A stretch of DNA of 64,000 nucleotides, from NCBI GenBank assembly GCA_963828165.1, contig CAWHDR010000001.1, positions 1,811,543-1,875,542 of the forward strand, given 5' to 3'. Shown here in pieces: positions 26,693 through 35,807 of the stretch. The notes below the pieces were generated by a model. The model was not told where the DNA came from. It saw only the letters and a list, made by a program, of their open reading frames with translations, and did not search any database. The position numbers and the translations under genes were made by a program. How positions within the stretch are numbered: position 1 is the first letter of the stretch; each line of letters starts with the position of its first letter. Origin of the DNA: an uncultured Chloroflexia bacterium. GTDB lineage: Bacteria; Chloroflexota; Limnocylindria; Limnocylindrales; CSP1-4.

Positions 26693-26768
26693 TGGTGGAG
26701 CTACGGGGACTCGAACCCCGGACCCCCTGCATGCCATGCAGGTGCTCTTCCAGCTGAGCTATAGCCCC
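26693..26768 (-). tRNA. tRNA-Ala (anticodon GGC)
   Basis: Hand-folded cloverleaf: acceptor GGGGCUA/UAGCUCC with the G3:U70 alanine identity pair, D arm GCUC/GAGC, anticodon stem CCUGC/GCAGG with loop AUGGCAU, T arm CGGGG-UUCGAGU-CCCCG, and an encoded CCA. Confidence 0.93.
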
Positions 26769-26779
26769 ACGGAGGGCGG

Positions 26780-26788
26780 ATTGTAGCA
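26780..26788 (-). promoter_or_regulatory. extended -10 element TGCTACAAT upstream of tRNA-Ala(GGC)
   Basis: The reverse complement of 26780-26788 reads TGCTACAAT, ending 11 nt before the mature tRNA 5' end. Confidence 0.4.
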
Positions 26789-26813
26789 GAGGGTCGGCCC
26801 GCGACCGGGTAAC

Positions 26814-28280
26814 TCAGCTGCCGATGATGACCGGGATGCTGTAGACGCCACCGAAGGTGTCGTCGCCCTTCGAGCCGTTCAAGCCGACCCGGATCACCCA
26901 GTCACCTGCCTCCAGGCCCGTGAGCGGGATGACTACGTCCTGGCCGCCGTCGCTGAAGCTCGTGAACTCGCGGCTCACGCCGAAGGGGTCCCTTCGGGCG
27001 ACCTCGCGATCCATGACCTCCACGCCGCCGTTGTCGATCCGCCAGCCGTCGGCGAGCACGAGTCGCAGGCTCGAGTCCACGGCAAGCCCGACCGCCTTGG
27101 CACCGTCACGGGCGAGGAACGGAACGCCGCACGAGTCGCTGATGCCGTTCCAGCTCACGCACAGGGCCAGCGCGCCCGACCCTGGACCTTCGAGGTCGTC
27201 GCCGGCGTAGGCCAGGAGCACGGGCGCGATGAAGGCCGGCGGGTCGCCGTCGTACGTCACGACGATGCGCCAATGGTTCCGCGGGCTGGTCGTGACGAGC
27301 ATGCCCGTGCCTTCCGGCGGCACGCCTTCGCTCATCTCGGATCCCAGGGCGCTCCCGTCGCACGGCTGCTCGCCGCCGCCCGCGAGCCGGTCCTCCCCGA
27401 TCTCCCACCGGATCGTCCCGCCGCCGACGCAGGCGAGGGCGACCAGGTACTTCCCGCGCGCCGGCACGACGCCGGCCGAGGACTGGACAGATTCGGCGGA
27501 AGCGTCCGGATCCGGCTCGTTGGTGAAGTCGACCGCGACAGTCCCTTGCGGGACCGCGAACGTGGGCAGGACCGTTCGCACGGGGTTATTCATGAAGCCG
27601 TACGTGTCCACGACGACCCGGAATGCGGTCTGCGGCGTCGCCTGGAGGGACAAGGCCTGGCCGAGCATCGGTTGGTGCACCCTGAGGTCGAAGCGGAAGG
27701 ACTGCACGGTCCCGTCGCAGACGACCGGCTCCGACGCGATGCTGTTCAGACCCGGGAAGACGCCCCATTCGAAGCGCGCATCCGACCCGATACACGCGAC
27801 CTTGATGCCGGCCTCGCGCGCATCCATGCGGACGCCATCGAGGTACCGCCGGGTCAGGTCCGTGCTCGTCTCGGACGGTTCACCGGGGTCCTCGGTCTCG
27901 TAGTAGTCGATGCTCGCTGGATCGCGCTCGATCGCCGGCAGCGCCGCCAGCGGGTCGGCCGACGTGGCCGGGCTGGGCGTGGCGATCGCGCTCGGGCTGG
28001 CGCTCGCGGCTGGGGTCGGGGCGACGCTGGCGGTCGGCGATGGCGAGGGATCCGCCGCGATGTTCGTGTTCCGCAGCCAGCCGCTGCCCAGGGCGAAGAT
28101 CGATCCGAGGGCGAGGGCCGCCACGCCTGCGGCCAGCAGGCCGAGGCGCTGCCCGTTGCGGGCGCGTCGCCGTACCTGCAGCCGACGCTCCAGCTCGTCG
28201 GGCGTGATCGTGAAGGGGAGGCTGTCGCCTTCCTGGCGAAGCATGGAGCGCAGGCGCTCCTCGAGGGTCGTGTCATGCAT
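26814..28280 (-). CDS. putative membrane-spanning anti-sigma factor with large extracytoplasmic domain
   Basis: ATG at 28280 overlaps the sigma-gene stop (ATGCATGA). Short cytoplasmic N-terminus, one TM (LGLLAAGVAALALGSIFAL), a Pro/Ser/Ala linker, then a roughly 390-aa Cys-containing domain. The role is inferred from position only. Confidence 0.55.
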   Translation of the reverse strand: MHDTTLEERLRSMLRQEGDSLPFTITPDELERRLQVRRRARNGQRLGLLAAGVAALALGSIFALGSGWLRNTNIAADPSPSPTASVAPTPAASASPSAIATPSPATSADPLAALPAIERDPASIDYYETEDPGEPSETSTDLTRRYLDGVRMDAREAGIKVACIGSDARFEWGVFPGLNSIASEPVVCDGTVQSFRFDLRVHQPMLGQALSLQATPQTAFRVVVDTYGFMNNPVRTVLPTFAVPQGTVAVDFTNEPDPDASAESVQSSAGVVPARGKYLVALACVGGGTIRWEIGEDRLAGGGEQPCDGSALGSEMSEGVPPEGTGMLVTTSPRNHWRIVVTYDGDPPAFIAPVLLAYAGDDLEGPGSGALALCVSWNGISDSCGVPFLARDGAKAVGLAVDSSLRLVLADGWRIDNGGVEVMDREVARRDPFGVSREFTSFSDGGQDVVIPLTGLEAGDWVIRVGLNGSKGDDTFGGVYSIPVIIGS

Positions 28281-28809
28281 GAAAGGCCTCCCCGAGGCTG
28301 GTGCCGACCGGGTCGGCAAGATGGATGCGAAGCCGGTCGAGCGCCGTCTGGAGCTGCGCCTTGATCGTGTTCGGGCTCTTCCCGAGCGTGGCGGCGACCT
28401 CATCGACCGACTGGTCGGCGTAGTAGCGCAGGATCACGGCGGCGCGCATCTGGATCGGCAGGCTCGCGATGCCGTCCAGCAGGGCCATTCGCGTCGTGCT
28501 GTCGGCACCCAGGTCGCCGGCGGCGGCGCCATCGGGCATGAGCTCGAGGCGCGTCACGCGCCCCGACCGTCGTTTCACCCCGAGCGCGTGGTTGGTGGCG
28601 ACGCGCAGGAGCCACGCCCGCAGCGCGCGCTCGTCACGGATGCTGCCGCCGCGTTCGAACGCGGTGAGCAACGTCTCGATCACGACGTCCTCGGCCGCAG
28701 GACGGTCGCGCAGGATGAGGTAGGCGACGCTCTGGAGCTCGCGCCCGTACGTCTCGAGCAGGTCTCCGAGTGTCTCCGGTCGACGCCGGCGAATGGCCTC
28801 GACGGTCAT
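28273..28809 (-). CDS. ECF-type RNA polymerase sigma factor (sigma-70 family)
   Basis: Region 2 (..AAEDVVIETLLTAFE..AWLLRVATNHAL) and region 4 HTH (..RAAVILRYYADQSVDEVAATLGKSPNTIKAQLQTALDRLR). ATG at 28809 preferred; the ORF opens at 28875. Confidence 0.85.
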   Translation of the reverse strand: MTVEAIRRRRPETLGDLLETYGRELQSVAYLILRDRPAAEDVVIETLLTAFERGGSIRDERALRAWLLRVATNHALGVKRRSGRVTRLELMPDGAAAGDLGADSTTRMALLDGIASLPIQMRAAVILRYYADQSVDEVAATLGKSPNTIKAQLQTALDRLRIHLADPVGTSLGEAFHA

Positions 28810-28924
28810 GGATGCATCCTTCACGTCCCCGATGGCGGGCGACCTTGGGCGGGCCGCGTCACAGGGTAGATGCACGGGACGTGGCTTTCGGGCTAGTGGC
28901 GGTGCGCAGTGTCATCATCAGCGC

Positions 28925-30556
28925 GTGACCGCCTTCGATCTGCTCCTGCACGGCGGCACCGTCGTAGACGGCACCGGATCGCCCGGGCGTCGCGCGGACG
29001 TCGGGGTGCTGGGTGACCGGATCCTCGCCGTCGACGACCTGTCGGCGGTCGACATCGGGGGCGTCACGCATGTGATCGACGCCACCGGCCTCGTGGTCGC
29101 GCCCGGGTTCGTGGACCCCCACGGTCACTCGGACGGCTCGCTGTTCGTGGACGGCGGCCTCGTCAGCCATCTGCGCCAGGGGTACACGACGCAGCTGTCC
29201 GGCAATTGCGGGGAGACGTTGGCGCCCATCACTGACGCGGGCCGGGAGATCGTCGCGCTGGCCCTGCGACCCAACCAGCTGGTGGCCCGCTGGCGCACGT
29301 TCGGGGAATACCTGGATGCCGTGGCCGAGGAGCGTCTTGGGCTGAACGTTGCGTTCCTCGTCGGGCAGGGAACGATCCGCGGGTCCGTGATGGGCTCGGA
29401 GGCCGGCGTCGCCACGGACGATGAGCGGGGGGCGATGGTGCGTGCGGTGGAGGCCGCCATGGACGCCGGGGCGTTCGGACTGTCATCGGGGCTGATCTAC
29501 GCGCCAGGGATGCACGCCGGGGCGGACGAGCTGGTGGCCCTGGTCGCGACGGCTGCGCGGCGCGGTGGCCTCTACGCGACCCACATGCGCAACGAGAGTG
29601 CCGGGCTGTTCGAGTCGCTCGAGGAATCGATCGCGACGATCCGGGCAGCACGCGACGGGGGTGCCGAGGGGGCGCGGCTCCAGGTCTCGCATCTCAAGTG
29701 CGGCGCACGCGCCGTGTGGGGACGCGCGGGCGAGGCCATCGCCGTCCTCGACGCGGCCCGCGCCGAAGGCCTGGATGTTGCGGCGGACCAGTACCCGTAC
29801 ACGGCCGCCGCGACGACCCTGGCGACGGTCCTGCCGCCCAGTCTCCTCGCGCTCGGTGTCGACGATTGCGTCGCGGCGCTGACCGATCACGAGGCTCGGG
29901 ACCGCGTGGCCGCCGAGATGAAACGAGGGATCTCCGGCTGGGAGAACGTGGCCGCTGACCCAGGCTGGCAGGGGATCCGGATCTCGTTCGCCCCCAGCCA
30001 CCCGGAATGGGCGGGGCGATCGCTTGCGGAGCTTGGCGAGGAGATGGATGTCGATCCTGCCGAACTGGCGATGGACGCGCTGATCGACGATCAGCTCGAC
30101 GTCTCGGTCGTCATCGATTGCATGGACGAGACCGATGTCGCGACGATCATGGATGTGCCCTGGATCGCGGTCTGCACGGACGCCCAGGCGCGGCGGCCGG
30201 GTCACCCGATCCTCGACGCCGGCCGGCCACACCCGCGGACATACGGGACCACCGCGCGCGTGCTCGGCACCTACGTCCGTGAGCGCGGCGCGCTCGCGCT
30301 CGAGACGGCCGTCGCGAAGCTGAGCGGCGTGCCCGCGGGTCGCCTGGGTCTGCGCGACCGGGGCGTGCTGCGCGAGGGCGCCTTCGCCGACCTCGTGGCC
30401 TTCGACCCAGCGTCCGTCGCGGACGACGCGACCTATGAGGAGCCCTCACGTCACCCGATCGGCATCGAGCATGTCGTCGTGAACGGGCGCCTGGCGGTGC
30501 TGGCCGGGCAGGAGACCGGCGAACGAGCCGGTCTGCTGCTGCGGCGAACCGGATGA
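28925..30556 (+). CDS. N-acyl-D-amino-acid deacylase (D-aminoacylase) family amidohydrolase
   Basis: FDLLLHGGTVVDGTG..VVAPGFVDPHGHSD.., ..GLYATHMRNE.., ..QVSHLK.. and the C-terminal ..FADLVAFDP.. pattern. GTG at 28925. Confidence 0.85.
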   Translation: MTAFDLLLHGGTVVDGTGSPGRRADVGVLGDRILAVDDLSAVDIGGVTHVIDATGLVVAPGFVDPHGHSDGSLFVDGGLVSHLRQGYTTQLSGNCGETLAPITDAGREIVALALRPNQLVARWRTFGEYLDAVAEERLGLNVAFLVGQGTIRGSVMGSEAGVATDDERGAMVRAVEAAMDAGAFGLSSGLIYAPGMHAGADELVALVATAARRGGLYATHMRNESAGLFESLEESIATIRAARDGGAEGARLQVSHLKCGARAVWGRAGEAIAVLDAARAEGLDVAADQYPYTAAATTLATVLPPSLLALGVDDCVAALTDHEARDRVAAEMKRGISGWENVAADPGWQGIRISFAPSHPEWAGRSLAELGEEMDVDPAELAMDALIDDQLDVSVVIDCMDETDVATIMDVPWIAVCTDAQARRPGHPILDAGRPHPRTYGTTARVLGTYVRERGALALETAVAKLSGVPAGRLGLRDRGVLREGAFADLVAFDPASVADDATYEEPSRHPIGIEHVVVNGRLAVLAGQETGERAGLLLRRTG

Positions 30557-31341
30557 CGGCTCGCAGCCGGCCCGCCCTCGCGCCGACTACGGAGGTGGCG
30601 GCCGTCGCGCCACTCCCGGGCGGGTCCCTGGGATACACGCTGCGGCATTCGGCCCGCGCCCGCGGCCTGCGCGTCGTGATCCACCCCGAACGAGGCGTGA
30701 TCGTCACGGTGCCCGCCACGCGGTCCGGGCGAGCGGACGGCGAGCGCCGCGCCGTGGAGTTCCTCGAGCAACGCGAGCCGTGGGTCCGCCGCCACCTCGC
30801 CCGGCATGCGGACGTCCGTGCCGTGCTGGCAGCCCGCGGCGGGGCGCGCGACGGCGGATCCATCCGGCTCGAGGGTTCGGTGGTGCCGATCCGGGTCGTC
30901 CCGGCCGTCACCGGGGCGCGGCGCTCCACCGTTGTCCGATTCGATGACGAGCTCGTCATCCACCGTGCCCAGGCGGACGCCCGCGCCGACGCGGTCGTGG
31001 TCGAGGCCTGGCTCCGCGAGCTCGCCCGTTCCAGGATCGACGACGCGATCGAGCGGCACGCCGCGGATCTTGGCGTGACCCCGCGAACGGTCACCATCCG
31101 CGACCCCCGCACCCGGTGGGGGAGTGCGTCCCAGACCGGCCGGGTGTCGCTGTCATGGCGCCTGGTCCTGGCTCCATGCGAGGCCCTGGAGACGGTCGTC
31201 ATCCACGAACTCGCCCATCTCCGGATCTTTGGTCATGGGCCGAGATTCTGGGCGCTCGTGGCGTCGCGGCGACCCGACCACGGCACGTGGCGCCGCTGGC
31301 TGCACGACCACGCCACCGAGCTGCACGGCGCCCTGGGCTAG
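30553..31341 (+). CDS. YgjP-like (DUF45/M48-type) metal-dependent hydrolase
   Basis: ..WGSASQTGRVSLSWRLVLAP..VVIHELAHLRIFGHGPRFWALV (HExxH..H). ATGA overlap with the upstream gene. Confidence 0.75.
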   Translation: MTARSRPALAPTTEVAAVAPLPGGSLGYTLRHSARARGLRVVIHPERGVIVTVPATRSGRADGERRAVEFLEQREPWVRRHLARHADVRAVLAARGGARDGGSIRLEGSVVPIRVVPAVTGARRSTVVRFDDELVIHRAQADARADAVVVEAWLRELARSRIDDAIERHAADLGVTPRTVTIRDPRTRWGSASQTGRVSLSWRLVLAPCEALETVVIHELAHLRIFGHGPRFWALVASRRPDHGTWRRWLHDHATELHGALG

Positions 31342-31344
31342 CCG

Positions 31345-32085
31345 CTAGTTCGGCAATCCCTGGGCGTCGTCGCCCTCGGCGACCACGGTCATACCCGTCC
31401 ACCGCAGCAGATTCAGGTCCAGCTCGTCGTGGCAGCCCTCCGCGATCGCCTCCCAGATCCGGAACGCGAGGTCGGGGTCGACATCGTCTGGGAGTGCGAC
31501 GAGCGTGTTCCGGACCGGTGCGAGCAGCAACCGCGGACGCTCCCCGAGGATCGGACGCAGGACGTCCGGCACGAGGATCAGCGCCGACCCCCAGCCCTGA
31601 CCCTGGATGGCGAAGGTCTCGACGCCTTCCGGGTGGATCCGCTCGACGCGCGGGGGCTCGACGACCGTCAGCGCACGCAGGTTCTCGAGCGCGGTCCCGA
31701 GCAGCGTCGCGTGATCGATGCCCCAGCGCTCGACCTGGTTCGCGGTGACATGCGTGAAGGCCGGCCCGAAGTCGATGCCGAAGCCGGTCCACACGCCGGG
31801 CGGAACGAAGACGTGCATCGGGGTGGCTTCCGGCGGGTACGGGTGGCGGACGCGGCGCAGGATCGGCAGGACGAGGGACGACACATCCGGCCACGGGGCG
31901 TCGAGGTCCAGGCGCTGGGCCGCGGCGAGGACGCGCTCGAACAGCTCATGGTCCATCGTGCCCCCGAGCGCACGCATGGCGAGCTCGTCCTCGTTCCGTC
32001 CGCGGGCCTTGGTCTTTCGGCCGGTCCGTCGCGCCTTCGCTGACCGGCGGTCGCGATCGCCCTTCGTGGTCTTCATGCGGCGCAT
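31345..32085 (-). CDS. hypothetical protein with Lys/Arg-rich N-terminus
   Basis: Coding-like ORF. MRRMKTTKGDRDRRSAKARRTGRKTKARGRNE.. followed by a roughly 200-aa globular part. No family recognised. The ORF opens at 32175. Confidence 0.5.
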   Translation of the reverse strand: MRRMKTTKGDRDRRSAKARRTGRKTKARGRNEDELAMRALGGTMDHELFERVLAAAQRLDLDAPWPDVSSLVLPILRRVRHPYPPEATPMHVFVPPGVWTGFGIDFGPAFTHVTANQVERWGIDHATLLGTALENLRALTVVEPPRVERIHPEGVETFAIQGQGWGSALILVPDVLRPILGERPRLLLAPVRNTLVALPDDVDPDLAFRIWEAIAEGCHDELDLNLLRWTGMTVVAEGDDAQGLPN

Positions 32086-32225
32086 GGTGGCGATCAGGGC
32101 TCTCCCGCCGCTTATCTCAACCTTCACCCGCGATTTCGAGGTCGAGGAGCCCACGCCGACCGGTACCCTAGGCAAGCGCGGCGTGCCCGCTGCTCGGAGC
32201 GGCAGCCGCGAGCCCGGGAGGCATC

Positions 32226-32907
32226 ATGGCGGCACCTGGCCCACGCTTCTGCCCGCGGTGTGGCACCGAGCGCATCGGCGACATGCGCTTCTGCCCGAGC
32301 TGCGGTCTCGACCTTGGGCAGCTCGGGACCGGAGGATCGCCCCTCCGTCGAGCCGGCCCAGCCAGTCGACGACGCGCCGCCAGTGGCGTCGCCCCCGGTG
32401 CCTCGGCGCGAAGCCGCGCCTCGCCGCTCGTTCTGGCGCCCGCTCGTCGGACCGGGTCTCCTGGTCCTGCTCATCGTGGTCGTCGCGGCGTGGGTCACCG
32501 GCCTCGGTCCCTTCTCCCCGCGCGGCGGTTCCGGCACGCCGGCGGGAAACGGGGCCTCGAACGCCACCCCGACATCGCCGTTCCTGCCCGAGGTCACGTC
32601 GCAGCCGTCCTTCATCGCCTCGCCCGGTCTCACGGCGCCGCCCGTCGGCTTGCGGATCCTGAGCCCGGCCGATGGCGCGGTCGTCGGTGCCCGTGACGTC
32701 ACCGTGATCGGAACGGCGCCCGCCGGACTCCGCATCACGCAGGACGTCAGCTTCGGGTTCGACCGGCACGCGACCGCCGACGGGACCGGCCACTGGGCCA
32801 TCGGACTGGAGCTCTCGGAAGGGGACAACGAGCTCAAGTTCCGGATCGGCGACGACCCTTCGACGACGCAGACGATGCACGTCACCTACGTGCCCCCGGC
32901 GCCCTGA
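32226..32907 (+). CDS. zinc-ribbon / TM / Ig-like-domain protein, reading frame interrupted
   Basis: The zinc ribbon RFCPRCGTERIGDMRFCPSCGLDL is in the frame of ORF 32226..32696. The Pro-rich linker, TM (LVGPGLLVLLIVVVAAWV) and beta-rich domain (..LRILSPADGAVVGARDVTVIGTAP..DNELKFRIGD..) are in the frame of ORF 32260..32907. Junction around 32320-32335. Confidence 0.6.
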
Positions 32908-32910
32908 CGC

Positions 32911-33762
32911 TCAGAGATCGCGCCGCTCGAACCACCAAGTCGCGGCGCCTAGCACGAGCGCGATCCAGAGGACCGACCAGATGATGAAGCCGAGCGGCGG
33001 CGGCGCCGTGGCGTAGAACGGGTTTGCCTCGGCGAGGTCGCCCGCCTCGCCCGCCGCGATCATCACGACCAGTGGCGGTTCTAGCCCGTAGATCACCCCG
33101 CGCCAGAGCCCGTCGGTCGGCAGCACCCACCGACTGAACTCCGCGACGGACCGCAGGGCATCGACGCCGAGCGCGGAGGCCACCCCGGCGAGCACGCCGG
33201 CCATCCAGCCCAGGCCGAAACCGACGACCGCGATGGCACCCGCGGCGATCGACGGCATGACCGACCCGAGCGCCAGGGTCAGCGTCAGCAGGACGAGTGC
33301 CTCGCCCGCAAGGAACGCGACAGCAACGAGCGGCTGGGGCGGGCCGAACCCGGAGATCAAGATGGCGACCGCGATCGCCAGCAGCCCGGACGCGACCGCG
33401 TACAGCCCGACGACCACCGCGGAGCCCACCCAGCGACCGAGCAAGTGGTCGGCGCGTCGGAGCGGCCTGGCCAGGATCGCCAGCGCAACCCCGGACTCGA
33501 GGTCGCCGCCGACCGCCGGCGCTCCCACGAACGCCGCTGTCATGGCCAGCACGAAGCTGAACATGAACGCGATGAGGATGAGTACCTGCGACACGCCGAT
33601 CCGGATCTCCAGCTCGCCGACCCCGTCCGCGCGCGCGAGCTCGACGAGGCGCGACAAGCCGAAGGCGACCAGCAGCACCGACACGATCGTCAGGGCGGCG
33701 AGGACCCAGACGACCCGACGCCGGAAGAGCTCCAGGATGGTGAGCCGCGCGATCACGATCAT
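32911..33762 (-). CDS. ABC-2 type transporter permease
   Basis: 283 aa, six hydrophobic helices. N-terminal MIVIARLTILELFRRRVVWV typical of NosY/ABC-2-like permeases. Overlaps the ATPase gene by 4 nt. Confidence 0.75.
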   Translation of the reverse strand: MIVIARLTILELFRRRVVWVLAALTIVSVLLVAFGLSRLVELARADGVGELEIRIGVSQVLILIAFMFSFVLAMTAAFVGAPAVGGDLESGVALAILARPLRRADHLLGRWVGSAVVVGLYAVASGLLAIAVAILISGFGPPQPLVAVAFLAGEALVLLTLTLALGSVMPSIAAGAIAVVGFGLGWMAGVLAGVASALGVDALRSVAEFSRWVLPTDGLWRGVIYGLEPPLVVMIAAGEAGDLAEANPFYATAPPPLGFIIWSVLWIALVLGAATWWFERRDL

Positions 33763-34688
33763 GGGTCAGTCGATCCGGTGATCAGCTCGAGGAAGCGGGC
33801 TTCGAGCGAGCCGCGACCCGGCTCGACGACGTGGACGCGACCACCGGCGGCGACGATGGCGGCCACCAGGTCCGGGATGCGAGCACCATCGAGCGGGCGG
33901 ACCTCGAGCCATTCGCCATCGACCGCGACCGGGCCGAAGCGCTCGACGGCCGCGTGGCCGCGCTCGTCCAGGCCGGTCACGCGGACGCGAACTCCATCGA
34001 CGGCCACGACATCGTCGAGCGCGCCCGATGCGATCGTGCGGCCCCGATGGAGGATCACCACGCGATCACAGACCCGCTCGACCTCGGTCAGGAGGTGCGA
34101 GTTCAGGATCACCGCGGCCCCGCGGTCCCGGGCCGACCGGACGATCGCCCGAACATCGGTACGACCGATGGGGTCGAGCGCCGACGTGGGCTCGTCGAGC
34201 AGGATCAGCTCCGGTTCTCCGAGGAGCGCGACGCCCAGACCGAGTCGCTGCTGCATGCCCTTGGAGAACTCGCCGACCGCGTCGTCCTCGCGGTCCGTCA
34301 GCCCGACCAAGTCGAGCGCCCCCTCGATCGCGCTGGCTTGGCGGCCGACCGGCACGTGCGCGAGCCGGGCATGCAGCTCGAGGACTTCATAGGCGGTCAG
34401 CCAGGGCTGGTACCGGAAGAGCTCGGGCAAGTAGCCGATCTTCGCGCGTACGGCTCGGTCGCCGAGGGGCGCTCCCAGGACGGTGCCCGAGCCGCTGGTG
34501 GGTCGGGTCAGGCCCAGCAGCAGCTTGATCGCCGTCGTCTTGCCCGCACCGTTCGGCCCGAGGAGACCGACGAGCTCGCCGCGCCCGACGGTCAGGCTGA
34601 GTCCGTCGAGGGCGGTCGTGCGGCCAAAGGTCTTGACGATCCCGTCGAGCTCGATGGCGGGCGTCGAGGCACGGTCTTGGGCGGCCAC
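33759..34688 (-). CDS. ABC transporter ATP-binding protein
   Basis: Walker A GPNGAGKTT, Q-loop, signature FSKGMQQRL, Walker B LILLDEPTSALD, H-loop LNSHLL. Confidence 0.9.
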   Translation of the reverse strand: MAAQDRASTPAIELDGIVKTFGRTTALDGLSLTVGRGELVGLLGPNGAGKTTAIKLLLGLTRPTSGSGTVLGAPLGDRAVRAKIGYLPELFRYQPWLTAYEVLELHARLAHVPVGRQASAIEGALDLVGLTDREDDAVGEFSKGMQQRLGLGVALLGEPELILLDEPTSALDPIGRTDVRAIVRSARDRGAAVILNSHLLTEVERVCDRVVILHRGRTIASGALDDVVAVDGVRVRVTGLDERGHAAVERFGPVAVDGEWLEVRPLDGARIPDLVAAIVAAGGRVHVVEPGRGSLEARFLELITGSTDP

Positions 34689-34712
34689 GGACTCCTACAC
34701 AGGCTGGGGAAA

Positions 34713-34788
34713 TGGTGGAGATGAGGGGACTCGAACCCCTGACCCCCGCGATGCGAACGCGGTGCTCTTCCAGCTGAGCTACATCCCC
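34713..34788 (-). tRNA. tRNA-Ala (anticodon CGC)
   Basis: Hand-folded: acceptor GGGGAUG/CAUCUCC with G3:U70, anticodon stem CCGCG/CGCGG with loop UUCGCAU, T arm AGGGG-UUCGAGU-CCCCU, and an encoded CCA. Confidence 0.93.
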
Positions 34789-34799
34789 AACGGCGACGG

Positions 34800-34808
34800 A
34801 TTGTAGCA
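34800..34808 (-). promoter_or_regulatory. extended -10 element TGCTACAAT upstream of tRNA-Ala(CGC)
   Basis: The reverse complement of 34800-34808 reads TGCTACAAT, ending 11 nt before the tRNA 5' end. Same geometry as at the other tRNA-Ala. Confidence 0.4.
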
Positions 34809-34895
34809 TCGGGCCGCCCCAGCTCCCTCTACCCGCTCCGTCCCGGGCCTCAGGACGGCGGTCCGCTGAGCGCAACGCGCGACTAGGCTCCGCCG

Positions 34896-35798
34896 ATGCC
34901 CATCGGCCTCCTGACCGGTCTCGGTGCCGCCCTGTCGTGGGGCACACTCGACGTCTTCTCCGCGCTCGCGAGCCGCCAGATCGGCAGCCTCCGCGTGACG
35001 ACGGGGATGCAGCTGGTCGGTGCCGCCCTGATCTGGGTGCTGGCCCTCGCTCGCGGGGTTTCCTTCCCGTCGGACCCCGCAGTCCTCGTCGGCGGGTCGC
35101 TCGTCGGCCTGGCCGGTGCCGGCGCATACCTCGCGTACTTCACGGGGCTGCGCATCGGGCCCATCGCGGTCGTCAGCGGGATGGTGGCGGCATACGGGGG
35201 TCTCACGGTGGTGCTGGCCGTCTTGATCCGTGGCGAATCCCTGACGCTCGTCCAGGCGCTCGGTGCGACGGTCGCTACGGTCGGCGTGATCCTCACGGGC
35301 GTCGCGTTCGGCGGCGGGCTGCGCGGGGTGCGCTTCGCAGGCCCGGGGGTCGGGTTTGCGATCGTGGCCCTCGTGTTGTTCGCGGCGATGACCATCGGCA
35401 GCGATGTCGTCCTCGAGCGGACCGGCTGGATCGAGGTCCTGCTCGTCTCGCGCTCGGCCAACGCCGTCATCTCGGTGCTGGTGCTGGTCGTGGCGATGAC
35501 CGTCCTGCGCGGGCCGGCCGGGCCGCTGCTGCGGGGCGAAGACGCGGACGGCGGCCGGATCGACAAGCGGGTCGTCGCGGCCGTGGGCCTCGCGGGCGTG
35601 CTCGACGTCATCGGGTTGATGTCGTTCGCCTACGGGCTCGAGGTCGCGGAGACGTGGCTGGTCGGCCTGGCGTCGTCGTTCGGTCCCGCGGTCACGATCG
35701 TGGTTGCCGTCGCGTTCCTCGGCGAGCGGCTGAAGCCGATCCAATGGCTCGGCCTGGCGGGGGTCCTGGTCGGGATGATCGCGATCGGTCTGCCGTAG
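34896..35798 (+). CDS. EamA/DMT family transporter
   Basis: 300 aa, 10 hydrophobic helices in two EamA-like halves (..GAALSWGTLDVFSALASR..). Confidence 0.8.
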   Translation: MPIGLLTGLGAALSWGTLDVFSALASRQIGSLRVTTGMQLVGAALIWVLALARGVSFPSDPAVLVGGSLVGLAGAGAYLAYFTGLRIGPIAVVSGMVAAYGGLTVVLAVLIRGESLTLVQALGATVATVGVILTGVAFGGGLRGVRFAGPGVGFAIVALVLFAAMTIGSDVVLERTGWIEVLLVSRSANAVISVLVLVVAMTVLRGPAGPLLRGEDADGGRIDKRVVAAVGLAGVLDVIGLMSFAYGLEVAETWLVGLASSFGPAVTIVVAVAFLGERLKPIQWLGLAGVLVGMIAIGLP

Positions 35799-35807
35799 CG
35801 GGCGGGG

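Noticed and set aside
26693-34788. The two tRNA-Ala genes as possible genomic-island integration sites.
   Set aside because: No integrase, recombinase or transposase ORF and no duplicated tRNA 3' end was seen near either tRNA. Flanking genes (leuS, ECF sigma pair, ABC transporter, EamA) have the same composition as the rest of the window.
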